Assembly (NCBI GenBank): GCA_963796055.1 | Contig: CAWCKH010000004.1 | Span: 1,312,001 to 1,376,000 of the forward strand | Source of the DNA: an uncultured delta proteobacterium | GTDB lineage: Bacteria > Myxococcota > Myxococcia > Myxococcales > Myxococcaceae | Length of the DNA: 64,000 nt | Direction of reading: 5' to 3' | Shown: piece by piece, positions 9,656 through 22,862 of the stretch | Layout: every line of letters begins with the position of its first letter | How positions within the stretch are numbered: position 1 is the stretch's first letter | The notes under the pieces: model-generated | Told to the model about the DNA's origin: nothing | Seen by the model: only the letters and a program-made list of their open reading frames with translations | Database searches by the model: none | Position numbers and translations under genes: made by a program

Positions 9656-9937
9656 GACCGCCCGTTCCGGTGTCGGGCCGCGCGGAACCGTTCCGCGGCT
9701 CGAGCTGACCGGGCCATTGGAACCCGGCACTTCCACGGGAACGTCGGCGCAGCGCGCCGAAAGTCACGACGCGGGCCGACGTGAACGACGCGGCGGAATT
9801 CGGCCGTCGTTTCAGTCCGGGGTGCTAAGCCTGCAGGGCGCTGAGGTCGGTCCCCTCGGGCGGCCGCTGGGCCGGCAAGGGAAAGCGCGGCGTGGTTGGG
9901 GGGACCGACCCCGCGCGATGTCGCCCGTTCGGCCTGC

Positions 9938-10678
9938 TCAGACCTTCGGGACCGCGCGGAGGATCGCCTTGCCGTCCTTCACGAACACCCGGTACTCGAC
10001 GTCACGCGCGTTGTGCCGCTGGAGCAGCTCGGGCACCTGCTTCTTCAAGCTGGCGACGACCGCGTCGAACGAGAGCCGCGCCGTGTCCTCGTTGCAGCGT
10101 CGCTTGGCCTCGACGTAGGCCCGGTACACGCTCCGCAGCCGGTTCTCGGACAGCGGATCCGGCGGCTGTGTCCCGGCGATGTGCACCACCGGCTCGGGGG
10201 GCGGAGGGGACGGTGCAGCGGGCTGCGCAGCCGGGACCTTCTTGCCCGGCGCGGGCGGCTGACCCGCCGCAGCCGGCGTCAGCGGGGGCGCCACCGGAAC
10301 CTGGGGGGCCGAGTTCTTCCGACGGCGCCGCGCCCGGTAGATATCGCGCCGGTAGGTGCCGGCCTCCATCTCCTGGAGCGTCCGGGCCCACAGCCTCTCG
10401 TACGTCGCCGCGGATGCCTGGAGCGACTCGATCCGGAAGGAGAGCCCGGAGTTCCGCGCCGGCACGGTCTTCAGCGCAGCGAGACGCTTCTTGAACTGAT
10501 CGTGTGCCCACGTCGGTGGGCGCTTCTCCGTCCCGAGGAAGAACTGCTCGTACTGCCCCCGGAGCGCATGGAGGAGCGCCTCCACCGAGTCCAGCTCCAG
10601 GGCGACCTCCGCCCAGCTCGACGCGGCGGCGGCCGCGCTCGCCTTTGCTTTGTCCTCGGGGCGCGTCGGGGGGGGCAT
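9938..10678 (-). CDS. Myxobacterial conserved protein (MXAN_5187 C-terminal-like)
   Basis: YEQFFLGTEKRPP, YERLWARTLQEMEAGTY and VKDGKAILRA pattern, with a Pro/Ala linker. Confidence 0.75.
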   Translation of the reverse strand: MPPPTRPEDKAKASAAAAASSWAEVALELDSVEALLHALRGQYEQFFLGTEKRPPTWAHDQFKKRLAALKTVPARNSGLSFRIESLQASAATYERLWARTLQEMEAGTYRRDIYRARRRRKNSAPQVPVAPPLTPAAAGQPPAPGKKVPAAQPAAPSPPPPEPVVHIAGTQPPDPLSENRLRSVYRAYVEAKRRCNEDTARLSFDAVVASLKKQVPELLQRHNARDVEYRVFVKDGKAILRAVPKV

Positions 10679-10771
10679 CGCCACCCCCAGGATTTCAAGT
10701 CACCCGGACACCGCGCAAGTCGGCGCAGGTGGGCGGCCCACGCCCCGCACGCAGCGCCCCTGGCTCCGCCT

Positions 10772-12037
10772 TCAGGCCGGCTGGGCGCCCGACGCCGAGG
10801 GCAGGCTCCGGCTCGCGGCGGGCCGGCGGAGCAGGAGCGTCACCCCCAGTGCGAACATCACCAGCGAGATGAGCTGGCTGATGGAGACGTTCCACCAGGC
10901 GTCCAGCGGCACCTGCTCGATCAGCTTGTGCAGGGTGCCGCGCTCGAAGTCGCCCCGGAACAGCTCCACCGTGGTCCGGATGACCGCGTAGCCGATGAGG
11001 TACAGCGCGAGGATCTGCCCGTGGAAGCGGCGGTACCGGCGGGCGATCATCAGGGCGACGAACAGCAGCAGCTGGGCCAGCGACTCGTAGAGCTGGGTGG
11101 GGTGAATCGGCAGCGTCGTCCCGTGCTGATCCACCCAGTCCGAGATGCGGATCGCGCCCGGCACCGGATGATCGAAGACCTGCCCGGTGGACTCGATCAC
11201 CCACCGCCGCAGCTCCTGCGCCTGGCTGTCCCAGGCGATGGCCCCTGCGGTGTGGTGGCCGAAGAGGTCCAGCGCCTTCGAGACTCCCGGAAAGCGTACC
11301 GCCCACGGCACGTGAACCGAGGCCGGCTTTCCCCAGCAGCAACCGGCGGAGAAGCAGCCGAGCCGACCGAAGGCCTGGCCCAGCGCCACGGTGGGGGCGA
11401 TCACGTCCGCGAGCCGAAGGAAGGGGATCTTCCGCTCCCGGCAGAACCACCACACCGCCGCCGCCGCGCCGATGAAGCCGCCATAGAACACGAACCCACC
11501 ACCCAGGGCGCCGACAAGCCGCGACGGGTCGGAGAAGACGTGCCCCAGCCCGTCGAGGAAGTCCTTGGGGGTGACCAGGATGAAGAGGATCTTCGAACCG
11601 ACGAAGGCGCTGACCACCACCCACACCGCCAGGTCCATCACGTCGTTGCGCCGGCGAGCGCCCTCGACCCCACCCCACTCGCGCTGGGCGAGGCGGGCCG
11701 AGACCATGATCGCCGCCACGAACCCGCCCATCAGCATCAGCCCGTAGGTGTGCAGGGGGAAGCCCTCGCCCTTGCTCCCCAGGAAGGCGTTGGACGGCAG
11801 CGCGTAGTGGAGCCCGAAGTAGATCAGCACCGCGAAGACCACCCCGTAGATGGTCGCGCGCTGGCTCCGCTGCTGCCGGGTGGGCGGCAGCTCCTTGCCG
11901 GTCTTTCCGTCGATCGACCCGGGGGCGTTCCGCCACCCGGCCCAGATGCCGTAACCGAGGAGGACCACCGCGAGGACGTAGAGGACCGCCTGCGACAGCG
12001 GGGTGTCGAACCGGAGCTGGATCAGCGTGGGCAGCAC
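10772..12037 (-). CDS. lgt: Prolipoprotein diacylglyceryl transferase
   Basis: TYGLM, GGFVFYGG, GRLGCF..GCCWG, HPTQLYES, R..VELFR. Confidence 0.95.
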   Translation of the reverse strand: MLPTLIQLRFDTPLSQAVLYVLAVVLLGYGIWAGWRNAPGSIDGKTGKELPPTRQQRSQRATIYGVVFAVLIYFGLHYALPSNAFLGSKGEGFPLHTYGLMLMGGFVAAIMVSARLAQREWGGVEGARRRNDVMDLAVWVVVSAFVGSKILFILVTPKDFLDGLGHVFSDPSRLVGALGGGFVFYGGFIGAAAAVWWFCRERKIPFLRLADVIAPTVALGQAFGRLGCFSAGCCWGKPASVHVPWAVRFPGVSKALDLFGHHTAGAIAWDSQAQELRRWVIESTGQVFDHPVPGAIRISDWVDQHGTTLPIHPTQLYESLAQLLLFVALMIARRYRRFHGQILALYLIGYAVIRTTVELFRGDFERGTLHKLIEQVPLDAWWNVSISQLISLVMFALGVTLLLRRPAASRSLPSASGAQPA

Positions 12038-12054
12038 GGCGGAGCTTTTATCAC

Positions 12055-12719
12055 CTACGGCGCCGTCGCCGTCTTCCGCTCCCGGCGAACCATGCCATCG
12101 ATCAGCAGAAGGATGACCCCGACCACGATGGCGCTGTCGGCCACGTTGAAGGACGGCCAGGTGTACACGTCCTTCCAGTGCGCCTCGATGAAGTCGATGA
12201 CGAAGCCGCGCGCCAGCCGATCCACCCAGTTCCCGATCGCCCCGCCGAGCACCAGCGGCAGGCCGACCAGCGCCCAGCGCTCCTCCTTCGAGCCGCTCAG
12301 CCGCAGATAGTAGAGGGTGATCAGCACCACTGCACCGATGGACACCAGGTGAAAGAGCGGGCCGCGTGCACCCGGCGGGAGCCTGCGGAAGAGCCCGAAC
12401 GCCGCGCCGGGATTCTCCGCGTAGCGCAGCATCAGGAAGTCGTCGCTGAACACGATCGGTCGCTTCGGGCGGAAGTGCATCCCGTCCCACCCGGGAGCGG
12501 GGGCCGGACCGTACAGCGCCCGGAGCCGGGCCCCAACCGTGGGGAGCCCGTCGAAGCGCGTGGTGAGCACCGACACCATCTGGTACTTCACCCACTGGTC
12601 GAACAGGACCAGGACCAGCGCGCTGGCGTAGAGAATGACCAGCTTCCGGACCAGGGCCGGATCCCGTGCCAGCGCTCCGGGCGACCGGGGGGCGGCGACC
12701 TGCTCGACCCCGGGACCGG

Positions 12720-12723
<4 letters not shown>
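12055..12723 (-). CDS. lspA: Signal peptidase II
   Basis: DQWVK, ENPGAAFG, GGAIGNWVDR, VIDFI, FNVADSAI; GTGA overlap with the ileS stop. Confidence 0.95.
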
Positions 12724-15668
<2,945 letters not shown>

Positions 15669-15757
15669 GGCGTGACGAGAGGACCGCTCGGCTAGCACCC
15701 TCCGTCCCGCCGCGCAAACCCGTGTGCCGCAAGGGGTGCTAGGGTCCGCGGCCCGCC

Positions 15758-16738
15758 GTGGCCTCGCCGAGGAAACAGCGCACGAAGTCGCGAGACCGTC
15801 GACCGTCCCGACGCCCCGGGCCGGCGGACCGGCGGGTGGTGGCCATCCTCAGCCGCAAGCGCTCCCTCTACTCCACCCGGCGCATGGTGGAGTCCATCCG
15901 GGCCCGCGGCCACCGTCCGCTGGTGCTGGACACCCTGCGCTGTAACCTCGTGCTGACCTCCGGCGCGCCGCGGATGGTCTTCCGGGGAGTCGAGCTGCGC
16001 GGACTGGACGTGGTCATCCCCCGCATCGGCGCCTCCATCACCGGGTACGGGCTGGCGGTGGTCGAGCAGCTGGAGATGATGGGCGTCCCCGCCCTCAACA
16101 GCGCACAGGCAATCGCCCGGAGCCGGGACAAGCTGCGGTGCCTGCAGCTGCTCGCCCGTTCGGGGCTGCGGATCCCCCGGACGGTGATGGCCCGCGACGC
16201 GGGCAACGTGCCCCGGCTCGTCGACGAGGTGGGCGGCCTGCCGGCCATCGTGAAGCTGCTCCGTGGAACCCAGGGAGTGGGCGTGATGCTGGCCTCCACG
16301 ATTCCGGAGCTCCAGGGAATTCTCGACACCTTCCAGGGCCTCGGGCAGGAGATCGTCCTCCAGGAGTTCGTCGCCGAGTCACGCGGCCGTGACCTCCGCG
16401 CCCTGGTGGTGGGCGGCCGGGTGGTCGGGGCGATGCGCCGGCGTGCGAAGCGGGGGGAGTTCCGGAGCAACCTCCACCGCGGCGGACGCGGGCGACCGGT
16501 CGAGCTCGAGGCGGCGTACGTGGAGGCGGCGCTCCGGGCCACCTCGGTGGTCGGTCTCGAGGTGGCCGGCGTGGATCTTCTGGAGACGAAGGACGGCCCG
16601 ACCCTCCTGGAGGTGAACTCCAGTCCTGGCTTCGAGGGCCTGGAGCGAGCGACCGGGCTGGACGCCGCGGGCGCCATCGTCGAGCGCGCGCTGGCTCTGT
16701 CCCGCCCGCGAGATGTCGTGTCGCGTCGAGCGCTCTGA
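15758..16738 (+). CDS. rimK: RimK family alpha-L-glutamate ligase
   Basis: LYSTRR, IPRIGASIT.YG, GTQGVGV, FRSNLHRGG, EVNSSPG. Confidence 0.92.
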   Translation: MASPRKQRTKSRDRRPSRRPGPADRRVVAILSRKRSLYSTRRMVESIRARGHRPLVLDTLRCNLVLTSGAPRMVFRGVELRGLDVVIPRIGASITGYGLAVVEQLEMMGVPALNSAQAIARSRDKLRCLQLLARSGLRIPRTVMARDAGNVPRLVDEVGGLPAIVKLLRGTQGVGVMLASTIPELQGILDTFQGLGQEIVLQEFVAESRGRDLRALVVGGRVVGAMRRRAKRGEFRSNLHRGGRGRPVELEAAYVEAALRATSVVGLEVAGVDLLETKDGPTLLEVNSSPGFEGLERATGLDAAGAIVERALALSRPRDVVSRRAL

Positions 16739-16974
16739 GCCCGGACGTACGGCGCCCCTGCGCCGCTCCACGGCGTCCCCCTTGTGCGGGAGGCTGAGCC
16801 CGGACGCTGGCGCCCGGCGAGGCCAGTTCGCCATGCAGGCGAGCGTGGTGTGGAGTCTGGGTGTGCACTCCACAGCGCCCTGTCAGGGCAGCCTGGATGC
16901 TTGACGACGGGGCGTCGACGACACCGTTGTCGTCCATCGGCCGCGTTCTCTACAGTTCGGGTCACTCCGCCCGC

Positions 16975-17640
16975 ATGAGCCGATCGCCGAAGCAGAGTCC
17001 GGTGCTGGTGTACCAAGACGTGCTCTGCCCCTGGTCGTGGCTCGCAGAGCTGCGCCTCTCGCCGCTTCACCGCGAGCTGGCCGACGTCCTGCGATTCGTT
17101 CCCCGTCCATATCCGCTCCGTCCGATGGAGTCGCTGCCGACCGAGGACGAGGTCGCCCGAGCGGTCCGGGATCTCGAGTCGGCGGCAAAGGAGCGCGAGG
17201 CGCTGCCGCTTCGCCCCGATCTCTGGACGTCCGGTGACCCGCCGCGTTCGAGCGTCGAGCCGCTCGCCGCCCTCGAGGCCGCGCGGCTGCAGGGGGAAGC
17301 GGCCCGGCTCGAGCTCCAGCTCAGGCTCCGGCAGGCGGCGCTGGAGCAGGGGCTGAACGTCACCCGGCCGGACGTGGTGTTCGAGCTCGCCGCCCGTGCA
17401 GGCTTGCAGATGAACCGCTTCGCCGCCGCCTTCGGCTCGCCCCAGACCCGGCGGCTGATTCGCGAGGAGTACCGGCTGGCCCGTGGCCGGGGTGTTCGCC
17501 GCGTGCCGACCCTGGTGATCGCCAACCGGTGGATGATCTCCGGCCCGCGCGAGACGGGCGAGTACCGGGAGCTGCTCCTCGCCTGCGTGAGCAAGCTCGA
17601 GCGGGCGCGGACGCCGGCGCTCGAGCGGCTCGTGCACTGA
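16975..17640 (+). CDS. DsbA/FrnE-like thioredoxin-fold protein
   Basis: YQDVLCPWSW (CxxS) and GV..VPT cis-Pro loop. Confidence 0.85.
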   Translation: MSRSPKQSPVLVYQDVLCPWSWLAELRLSPLHRELADVLRFVPRPYPLRPMESLPTEDEVARAVRDLESAAKEREALPLRPDLWTSGDPPRSSVEPLAALEAARLQGEAARLELQLRLRQAALEQGLNVTRPDVVFELAARAGLQMNRFAAAFGSPQTRRLIREEYRLARGRGVRRVPTLVIANRWMISGPRETGEYRELLLACVSKLERARTPALERLVH

Positions 17641-17815
17641 CCGACGGCGCCCGTCGGCGTTTCGGTCCTGCCCCGTCGACTGGACAACACGCACGCGGAG
17701 AGGCTCGGCGCGATCTGGTCACGACAGGACGATGGTCCGTGGGGAACGTGATGCCCGAGCGGGGCATCCCCGAGCAGGAGGCCGGTGACATGGCCGCCCA
17801 GCGCCACACCGCCCG

Positions 17816-19936
17816 GTGACCGGGTTCGTCCCAGCGATCGCCCTGGCGCTGTTCGCCGCCAGCCCGGACCCGGCCGGCGTGGAGACCGGGGTGGCCGTCC
17901 CCGGAGACGCACGCAATGGGGCCGGCGTGGCCGAGGCGCCACTGGTGGGCGAGACGGTGGTCACGGCGAGCCGGGCACCGCGGCCGCGCAACGAGGTGCC
18001 GGCGGACGTCACGGTGCTGGACCGGACCGACCTCGAACAGTCGGCCTCACCGCTGCTCGACGACGTGCTCCGGCGCGTCCCGGACGTCGGAACCTTCCGG
18101 CGCTCGTCGAGCCGCGTCGCGGATCCGTCGAGCCAGGGGCTGAACCTCCGCGGTGTCGGGCCCTCGGGCGTCTCGCGCGCCTTGGTGCTGGTGGATGGCC
18201 TTCCCCTCAACGACCCCTTCGGCGGCTGGGTCTACTGGCAATCGGTGCCGGGACTCTCGATCGGGACCATCGAGATCGTCCCCGGCGGAACCTCCGCGCT
18301 GTACGGGACCGCGGCGCTCGGCGGGGTGATCAACATGCGCTCCCGGCCGCTCGATCTTCCGGGAGTCGAGGCCGACGTCTTCGGGGACACGCTCCCCTCG
18401 CTGGGCATCGGACTGCGCGGCGTGCAGCGCGCCGGCCCGGTGGCGGTCGAGCTGACCTCGGAATTCCTGGGGAGCAATGGGTACGTCGTGGTCGCCCCGG
18501 AGCAGCGCGGGCCCATCGACGTGCCGGCAGGGAGCACCCACGTGACGCTCCAGAGCCGGGTGCAGGCCGAGCTCGGGCCCCGCTCACGTCTGGGCGTCAA
18601 GCTCGGCTTCTTCGACGAGCACCAGAACGGCGGCACCGAGTTCACCAACGCCACCGCCCAGGTCCGGTCGATCTCGGTGACGCTCGGGCTGGGCGCCCCG
18701 GAGGCGCCGGACGTCGAGCTCGCGGCCTGGTTCCGCAACCAGGTGTTCCGGCAGCAGCGGGCGCGCGTCGGAGACGGTCGGGCCTCCGAGTTCCTCACCG
18801 CCGAGCAGCGCGTTCCGGCCGACGACGAGGGGTTCACCGTGCTCTGGCACGCACCGCGCTGGGGCGTGCAGACCTTCGACGTGGGCCTCGACCTGCACCG
18901 CGTCTCGGGGACGTCGGCCGAGCGGCTCTTCCCGGCAGTGGTCACGCCCTCGACGACGCTGGAGCGCGTGGGCAGCGGGCTCCAGCTGTCGGCGGGCGTC
19001 TTCGTGCAGGACACGGTGCGCCTCGGCCGGGTGACGCTCGTGCCTGCGCTCCGGCTGGATCATTGGCACAACGACCAGGGGCAGCAACGGACCACCACCC
19101 CCGAGGGGGAGACGGTCCAGGACTTCGAGCTCCGGCACGAGACCCAGCTCAGCCCGCGCCTCGGCGTGCTTTGGCAGGTGCTGGACACGCTCGCGCTCCG
19201 AGGCTCGGTCAACCACGCGTTCCGGGCGCCGACGCTGGGAGAGCTGTATCGCCCGTTCCAGGTCGGAACCGTGGTGACCGCGGCGAATCCCGATCTCTCG
19301 GCCGAGACACTGATCGGCGCCGAGCTGGGCGTGGAGTGGGCTCCGTCGCCGGTGTTCCGGACCCGGGCGACCGGATTCTGGAACCGGCTGGAGGACCCCA
19401 TCACCAACGTCACGCTTCCCCCGCCTCCTCCCGGCGCGCCCCCCCCACCGCCCGGAACCCCCACCCGCCAGCGCCAGAACCTCGGCGTGGCGCGCGTGCA
19501 GGGGCTGGAGCTGGGGCTCGACGTCCGGCCTGCCCGCGGGTGGGAGCTGCGGGCCTCGTACACCCTGGTGGACTCGAAGGTGCTGGAGGCGGACGCGGCG
19601 CCGCTGACGGTGGGAAAGCGGCTCCCCCAGGACCCGGTTCACCGCATCGCCGGAGCGATCGAGGCCCGCCCAGCCCAGGGGTGGACGGCCAGGGTGGAGG
19701 GCATCGCCGCACTGGTCCAGTACGAGGACGACCAGAACACGCTTCCGCTCGGCACCCAGTTCCGGCTGGACGTCTACCTCGCCCGGACCCTCGGGCCGGC
19801 TGTGGAGGTCTACGCCGCGGTGGAGAACGTCCTGGACCGCCGAGACCTGGTGGGCCGGGCAGGAGTGAACACCATCTCCGGCCCCTTCACCTTCCGGCTG
19901 GGGGTGCGCTTGCGTACCTGGGAAGCACCGGACTAG
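17816..19936 (+). CDS. TonB-dependent receptor
   Basis: ETVVTASR TonB box, NLRG...VLVDG plug, SALYG..ALGGVIN, AFRAPTL.ELY, VENVLD. Confidence 0.93.
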   Translation: MTGFVPAIALALFAASPDPAGVETGVAVPGDARNGAGVAEAPLVGETVVTASRAPRPRNEVPADVTVLDRTDLEQSASPLLDDVLRRVPDVGTFRRSSSRVADPSSQGLNLRGVGPSGVSRALVLVDGLPLNDPFGGWVYWQSVPGLSIGTIEIVPGGTSALYGTAALGGVINMRSRPLDLPGVEADVFGDTLPSLGIGLRGVQRAGPVAVELTSEFLGSNGYVVVAPEQRGPIDVPAGSTHVTLQSRVQAELGPRSRLGVKLGFFDEHQNGGTEFTNATAQVRSISVTLGLGAPEAPDVELAAWFRNQVFRQQRARVGDGRASEFLTAEQRVPADDEGFTVLWHAPRWGVQTFDVGLDLHRVSGTSAERLFPAVVTPSTTLERVGSGLQLSAGVFVQDTVRLGRVTLVPALRLDHWHNDQGQQRTTTPEGETVQDFELRHETQLSPRLGVLWQVLDTLALRGSVNHAFRAPTLGELYRPFQVGTVVTAANPDLSAETLIGAELGVEWAPSPVFRTRATGFWNRLEDPITNVTLPPPPPGAPPPPPGTPTRQRQNLGVARVQGLELGLDVRPARGWELRASYTLVDSKVLEADAAPLTVGKRLPQDPVHRIAGAIEARPAQGWTARVEGIAALVQYEDDQNTLPLGTQFRLDVYLARTLGPAVEVYAAVENVLDRRDLVGRAGVNTISGPFTFRLGVRLRTWEAPD

Positions 19937-19946
19937 TTGGGAACCC

Positions 19947-20480
19947 ATGGAAGTCTCCCTGTCCTCCGCCGGAACGCTGCGGGCACTCAGACGCCTGGTC
20001 CGCGCCCTCCGGCTCGCCGACCGCGCCGCGGAGGCGCGGCTGGGCCTCAGCGCCGCGCAGCTCTTCGTCCTGGAGCGCCTCGCCGAGGGCCCCGTGGGCT
20101 CGATGGCCGAGCTGGCCCAACGGACGCTGACCGACGCGAGCTCGGTCTCGGTGGTGGTCCAGCGGCTCGCCGAGCGCGGGCTGGTCGTCCGGGCCACCGC
20201 GCCCCAGGATGCGCGGCGGACGACGCTGCGGCTCTCGTCGCCGGGCAAGCGCCTCCTGGCGGCGGCGCCACGATCTCCCCAGGCGGACCTGCTCCACGCC
20301 CTGGAGCAGCTGAGCACCACCGATCGGCGCGAACTGGTGCGCCTGCTGGAACAGCTGGTCCGCGGAATGGGCATCGATGAGAACGCTCCCGTGCCCATGC
20401 TCTTCGAGGGCGAGGCGCGCATCGGTCAGCGGCGCAGGCGGGCGCCGGGAGCCAGGGCGCGGATCCGCAGCCGTGGCTGA
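19947..20480 (+). CDS. MarR family transcriptional regulator
   Basis: GLSAAQ..VL, ELA, VVQRLAERGLV.R, DARR wing. Confidence 0.9.
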   Translation: MEVSLSSAGTLRALRRLVRALRLADRAAEARLGLSAAQLFVLERLAEGPVGSMAELAQRTLTDASSVSVVVQRLAERGLVVRATAPQDARRTTLRLSSPGKRLLAAAPRSPQADLLHALEQLSTTDRRELVRLLEQLVRGMGIDENAPVPMLFEGEARIGQRRRRAPGARARIRSRG

Positions 20481-20531
20481 CAGACCGGCGAGTGACGCGG
20501 AGCGACCTGGTCAGCGCCCATCAAGCTCGCC

Positions 20532-21899
20532 TCAAGGCGGAGCGCGTCGCCGCACGCGTGCTCTCCACAGGATGACGAAGGCCAGGGACGGCGCGACGAC
20601 GGCGATCAAGGAGACGGCTGCGTCCGTGACTCCCCGGAGCCGCGGCAGGTTCCAGGCGATCACCTCGGCCAGCGTCACCACCGCATCGACGCCCACCGCG
20701 GCCACGACCAGGCGCGAAAGGGGATCGCTCCAGCGCACCGCCAGCCGGAACAGCGCGGCGGCCAGCACCACGTCGAACGCCACCCAGGCCCAGCGCACCC
20801 ACTCGGCGGGAAAGTGCCAGCCCTCGGCCAGGGCGAGGAGCACCGTCCAGGGCACCAGGAGCGCGGCGAGGAGGCGGACGACGATGGTGGGCCCGCGCAG
20901 GAGGGTCCGGAACCCGAATGCCAGGAGGCGCCCTCGAGCGAACGCCTCGAGCACGTCGAGCAGCGTGCGGACGGCGCCCTGGTCCGGCGGGTAGACGAGG
21001 TGGATGGGGCGCCAGCGCGTCGGCCGGAGCCTGGCCTTGAAGGAACGGAGCCCCTCGAAGTCGAACAGGACCGAGCCTGCCGAGCGCGCGAGGCGCAGCG
21101 CGGGGACCACCTGGCCGGCGAGCGGCGCGAGGCCCAGCGTCACCATCGGTGACCCGTCCCCTTGCGCCTGGGCCTCGGCGTCGCGCATCGCATGGTCCAC
21201 CAGGAGTTCGGTCGTCCCGTTGGGGGCGTCGGCCGCGCGAACGAGGTTCTGCAGCAGCCACCCGGGGCGAGCAAAGATGGGCGCCGCGGTGAGAAACGCG
21301 ACCACCCGGCCTTCCTGCTCGGCCAGGTAAATGCGGTGCTCCTCGAGCAATGTGAGCGGATCGACCTGCACCAGGAACCCCATGGGGGCCATCTCGTGCC
21401 GGCCGAGCCAGGCGCCCACCATGGCCTCGAGCTCCCGGCGCAGCGGAGAGGCGCTGGAGACGATCTCGGCGCCGGCAGCGGTCCGGACCGTCACCCCCTT
21501 GGCCCGTGCCCGGCGAAGCTGCTCCCGGAGACCGCTGCTCGTCCGGAGCGCCGAAGGCCACAGACCCGCATCCCACTCGGGCTGCTCACCGACGAGGAGC
21601 GAGCGCCAGGGCAACGCCTCCACCACCCGCTCCTCCACCGCGAAGAATGCGACGCGCCGGCGGGAGGCAAGGGCCTGGCGGTGAAAGCGCTCGGATACCT
21701 CGCGGAGCCGCTCCGGCGCGGTGAGCGGCGCGCCCGCGGCCACCCACGCCCGGCCGGTGTCGACGTACGCGACGCAAGCGTCCTCGTCGGCGAACCAGTA
21801 GCGGAAGCCGGGCTCGAGGACCTGGAAGGACGTCGCGTTCCACCCATGGCGGCGAAGCACGGCGAGGACGCGACGGCGCTCGGCGTCCAGCGACGACAT
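20532..21899 (-). CDS. DUF2156 / aminoacyl-phosphatidylglycerol synthase-like domain protein with C-terminal TM helices
   Basis: GAP, APNGTTELL, TLGLAPL, FDFEGLRSFKARLRP..W motifs. Confidence 0.82.
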   Translation of the reverse strand: MSSLDAERRRVLAVLRRHGWNATSFQVLEPGFRYWFADEDACVAYVDTGRAWVAAGAPLTAPERLREVSERFHRQALASRRRVAFFAVEERVVEALPWRSLLVGEQPEWDAGLWPSALRTSSGLREQLRRARAKGVTVRTAAGAEIVSSASPLRRELEAMVGAWLGRHEMAPMGFLVQVDPLTLLEEHRIYLAEQEGRVVAFLTAAPIFARPGWLLQNLVRAADAPNGTTELLVDHAMRDAEAQAQGDGSPMVTLGLAPLAGQVVPALRLARSAGSVLFDFEGLRSFKARLRPTRWRPIHLVYPPDQGAVRTLLDVLEAFARGRLLAFGFRTLLRGPTIVVRLLAALLVPWTVLLALAEGWHFPAEWVRWAWVAFDVVLAAALFRLAVRWSDPLSRLVVAAVGVDAVVTLAEVIAWNLPRLRGVTDAAVSLIAVVAPSLAFVILWRARVRRRAPP

Positions 21900-22079
21900 G
21901 CGCCGACCGTCGCACGCGGTGACGACTGCCCGCTACAGTTCCGAGGCTTCCGGGAGGCGGGATGGCGGCGGCTGGACTGTTGATGCTGCCCTGGAGCTGG
22001 GGCTCCGGGCCCTGGTGGGCTTCTAGAACGCGGTGGCTTGGGCTGGGCGGCGCTCCGTCCTAGGGTGCGGCCCCCACCC

Positions 22080-22862
22080 ATGCGCCTGTTCGCCATCGGA
22101 GACACGCACCTTCCGTCCACGCGCGGCAAGACGATGGACCGCTTCGGCTGGACCGGACATCCCGCTCCGCTCGCCGAGGTCTGGGACCGGATGGTCACGC
22201 CCGAGGACGGAGTCATCGTCGCCGGCGACATCTCCTGGGCGACGAAGCCGGCCCAGGTCACAGGCGATCTCGCGTGGCTCGAGGCCCGGCCCGGCAAGAA
22301 GGTGCTGCTCCGCGGGAACCACGACTTCTGGTGGGGCGACTCGGCGGCGAAGCTCCGGCGGCTCCTCGAGCCGTACCACTCGATCGTCGGGTTCCTGCAC
22401 AACTCGGCGGTGGTGCTCGGCCCCTACCTCATCGCCGGGTCGCGTCTGTGGACCACCCCCGAGGCGCCACCGATGCCCGGCGGTGAGATGGGAGACGAGC
22501 AGGCGGACGGCGAGTACGTCGAGCGCGAGGCGCGCCGGCTGGCCCTCTCCTTCGAGGATGCCGGGAGACGCATCCAGGCCACTCCCGGGCTGACCCGGGT
22601 GGTCGCAGTCCACTTCCCGCCGCTCTACGCGAACCGCCGGCCCACCGTGTTCTCCACGCTCATCGAGGCGTTCCAGCCGGCCGTCTGCGTCTACGGCCAC
22701 CTGCATGGCCCCGAGGGCATCGCCGCCGGGTTCCAGGGCGAGCACCGGGGCGTCCGGTACGTGCTGGCCTCGTGCGACGCCGCGGGGTTCAAGCCGGTGC
22801 TGCTCCTCGACGGTTCCAGAAGCGCAGCTTCCATCGCCGGCGTTGCCGAAGGTCCTCCATGA
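22080..22862 (+). CDS. Metallophosphoesterase
   Basis: GDTHL, AGDISWA, GNHDFWW, HFPP, YGHLH. Confidence 0.92.
   Translation: MRLFAIGDTHLPSTRGKTMDRFGWTGHPAPLAEVWDRMVTPEDGVIVAGDISWATKPAQVTGDLAWLEARPGKKVLLRGNHDFWWGDSAAKLRRLLEPYHSIVGFLHNSAVVLGPYLIAGSRLWTTPEAPPMPGGEMGDEQADGEYVEREARRLALSFEDAGRRIQATPGLTRVVAVHFPPLYANRRPTVFSTLIEAFQPAVCVYGHLHGPEGIAAGFQGEHRGVRYVLASCDAAGFKPVLLLDGSRSAASIAGVAEGPP

Noticed and set aside
17640..17815. Cobalamin or other riboswitch ahead of the TonB-dependent receptor
   Set aside because: No B12-box or TPP motifs were recognised; there is only a short hairpin after the upstream stop.
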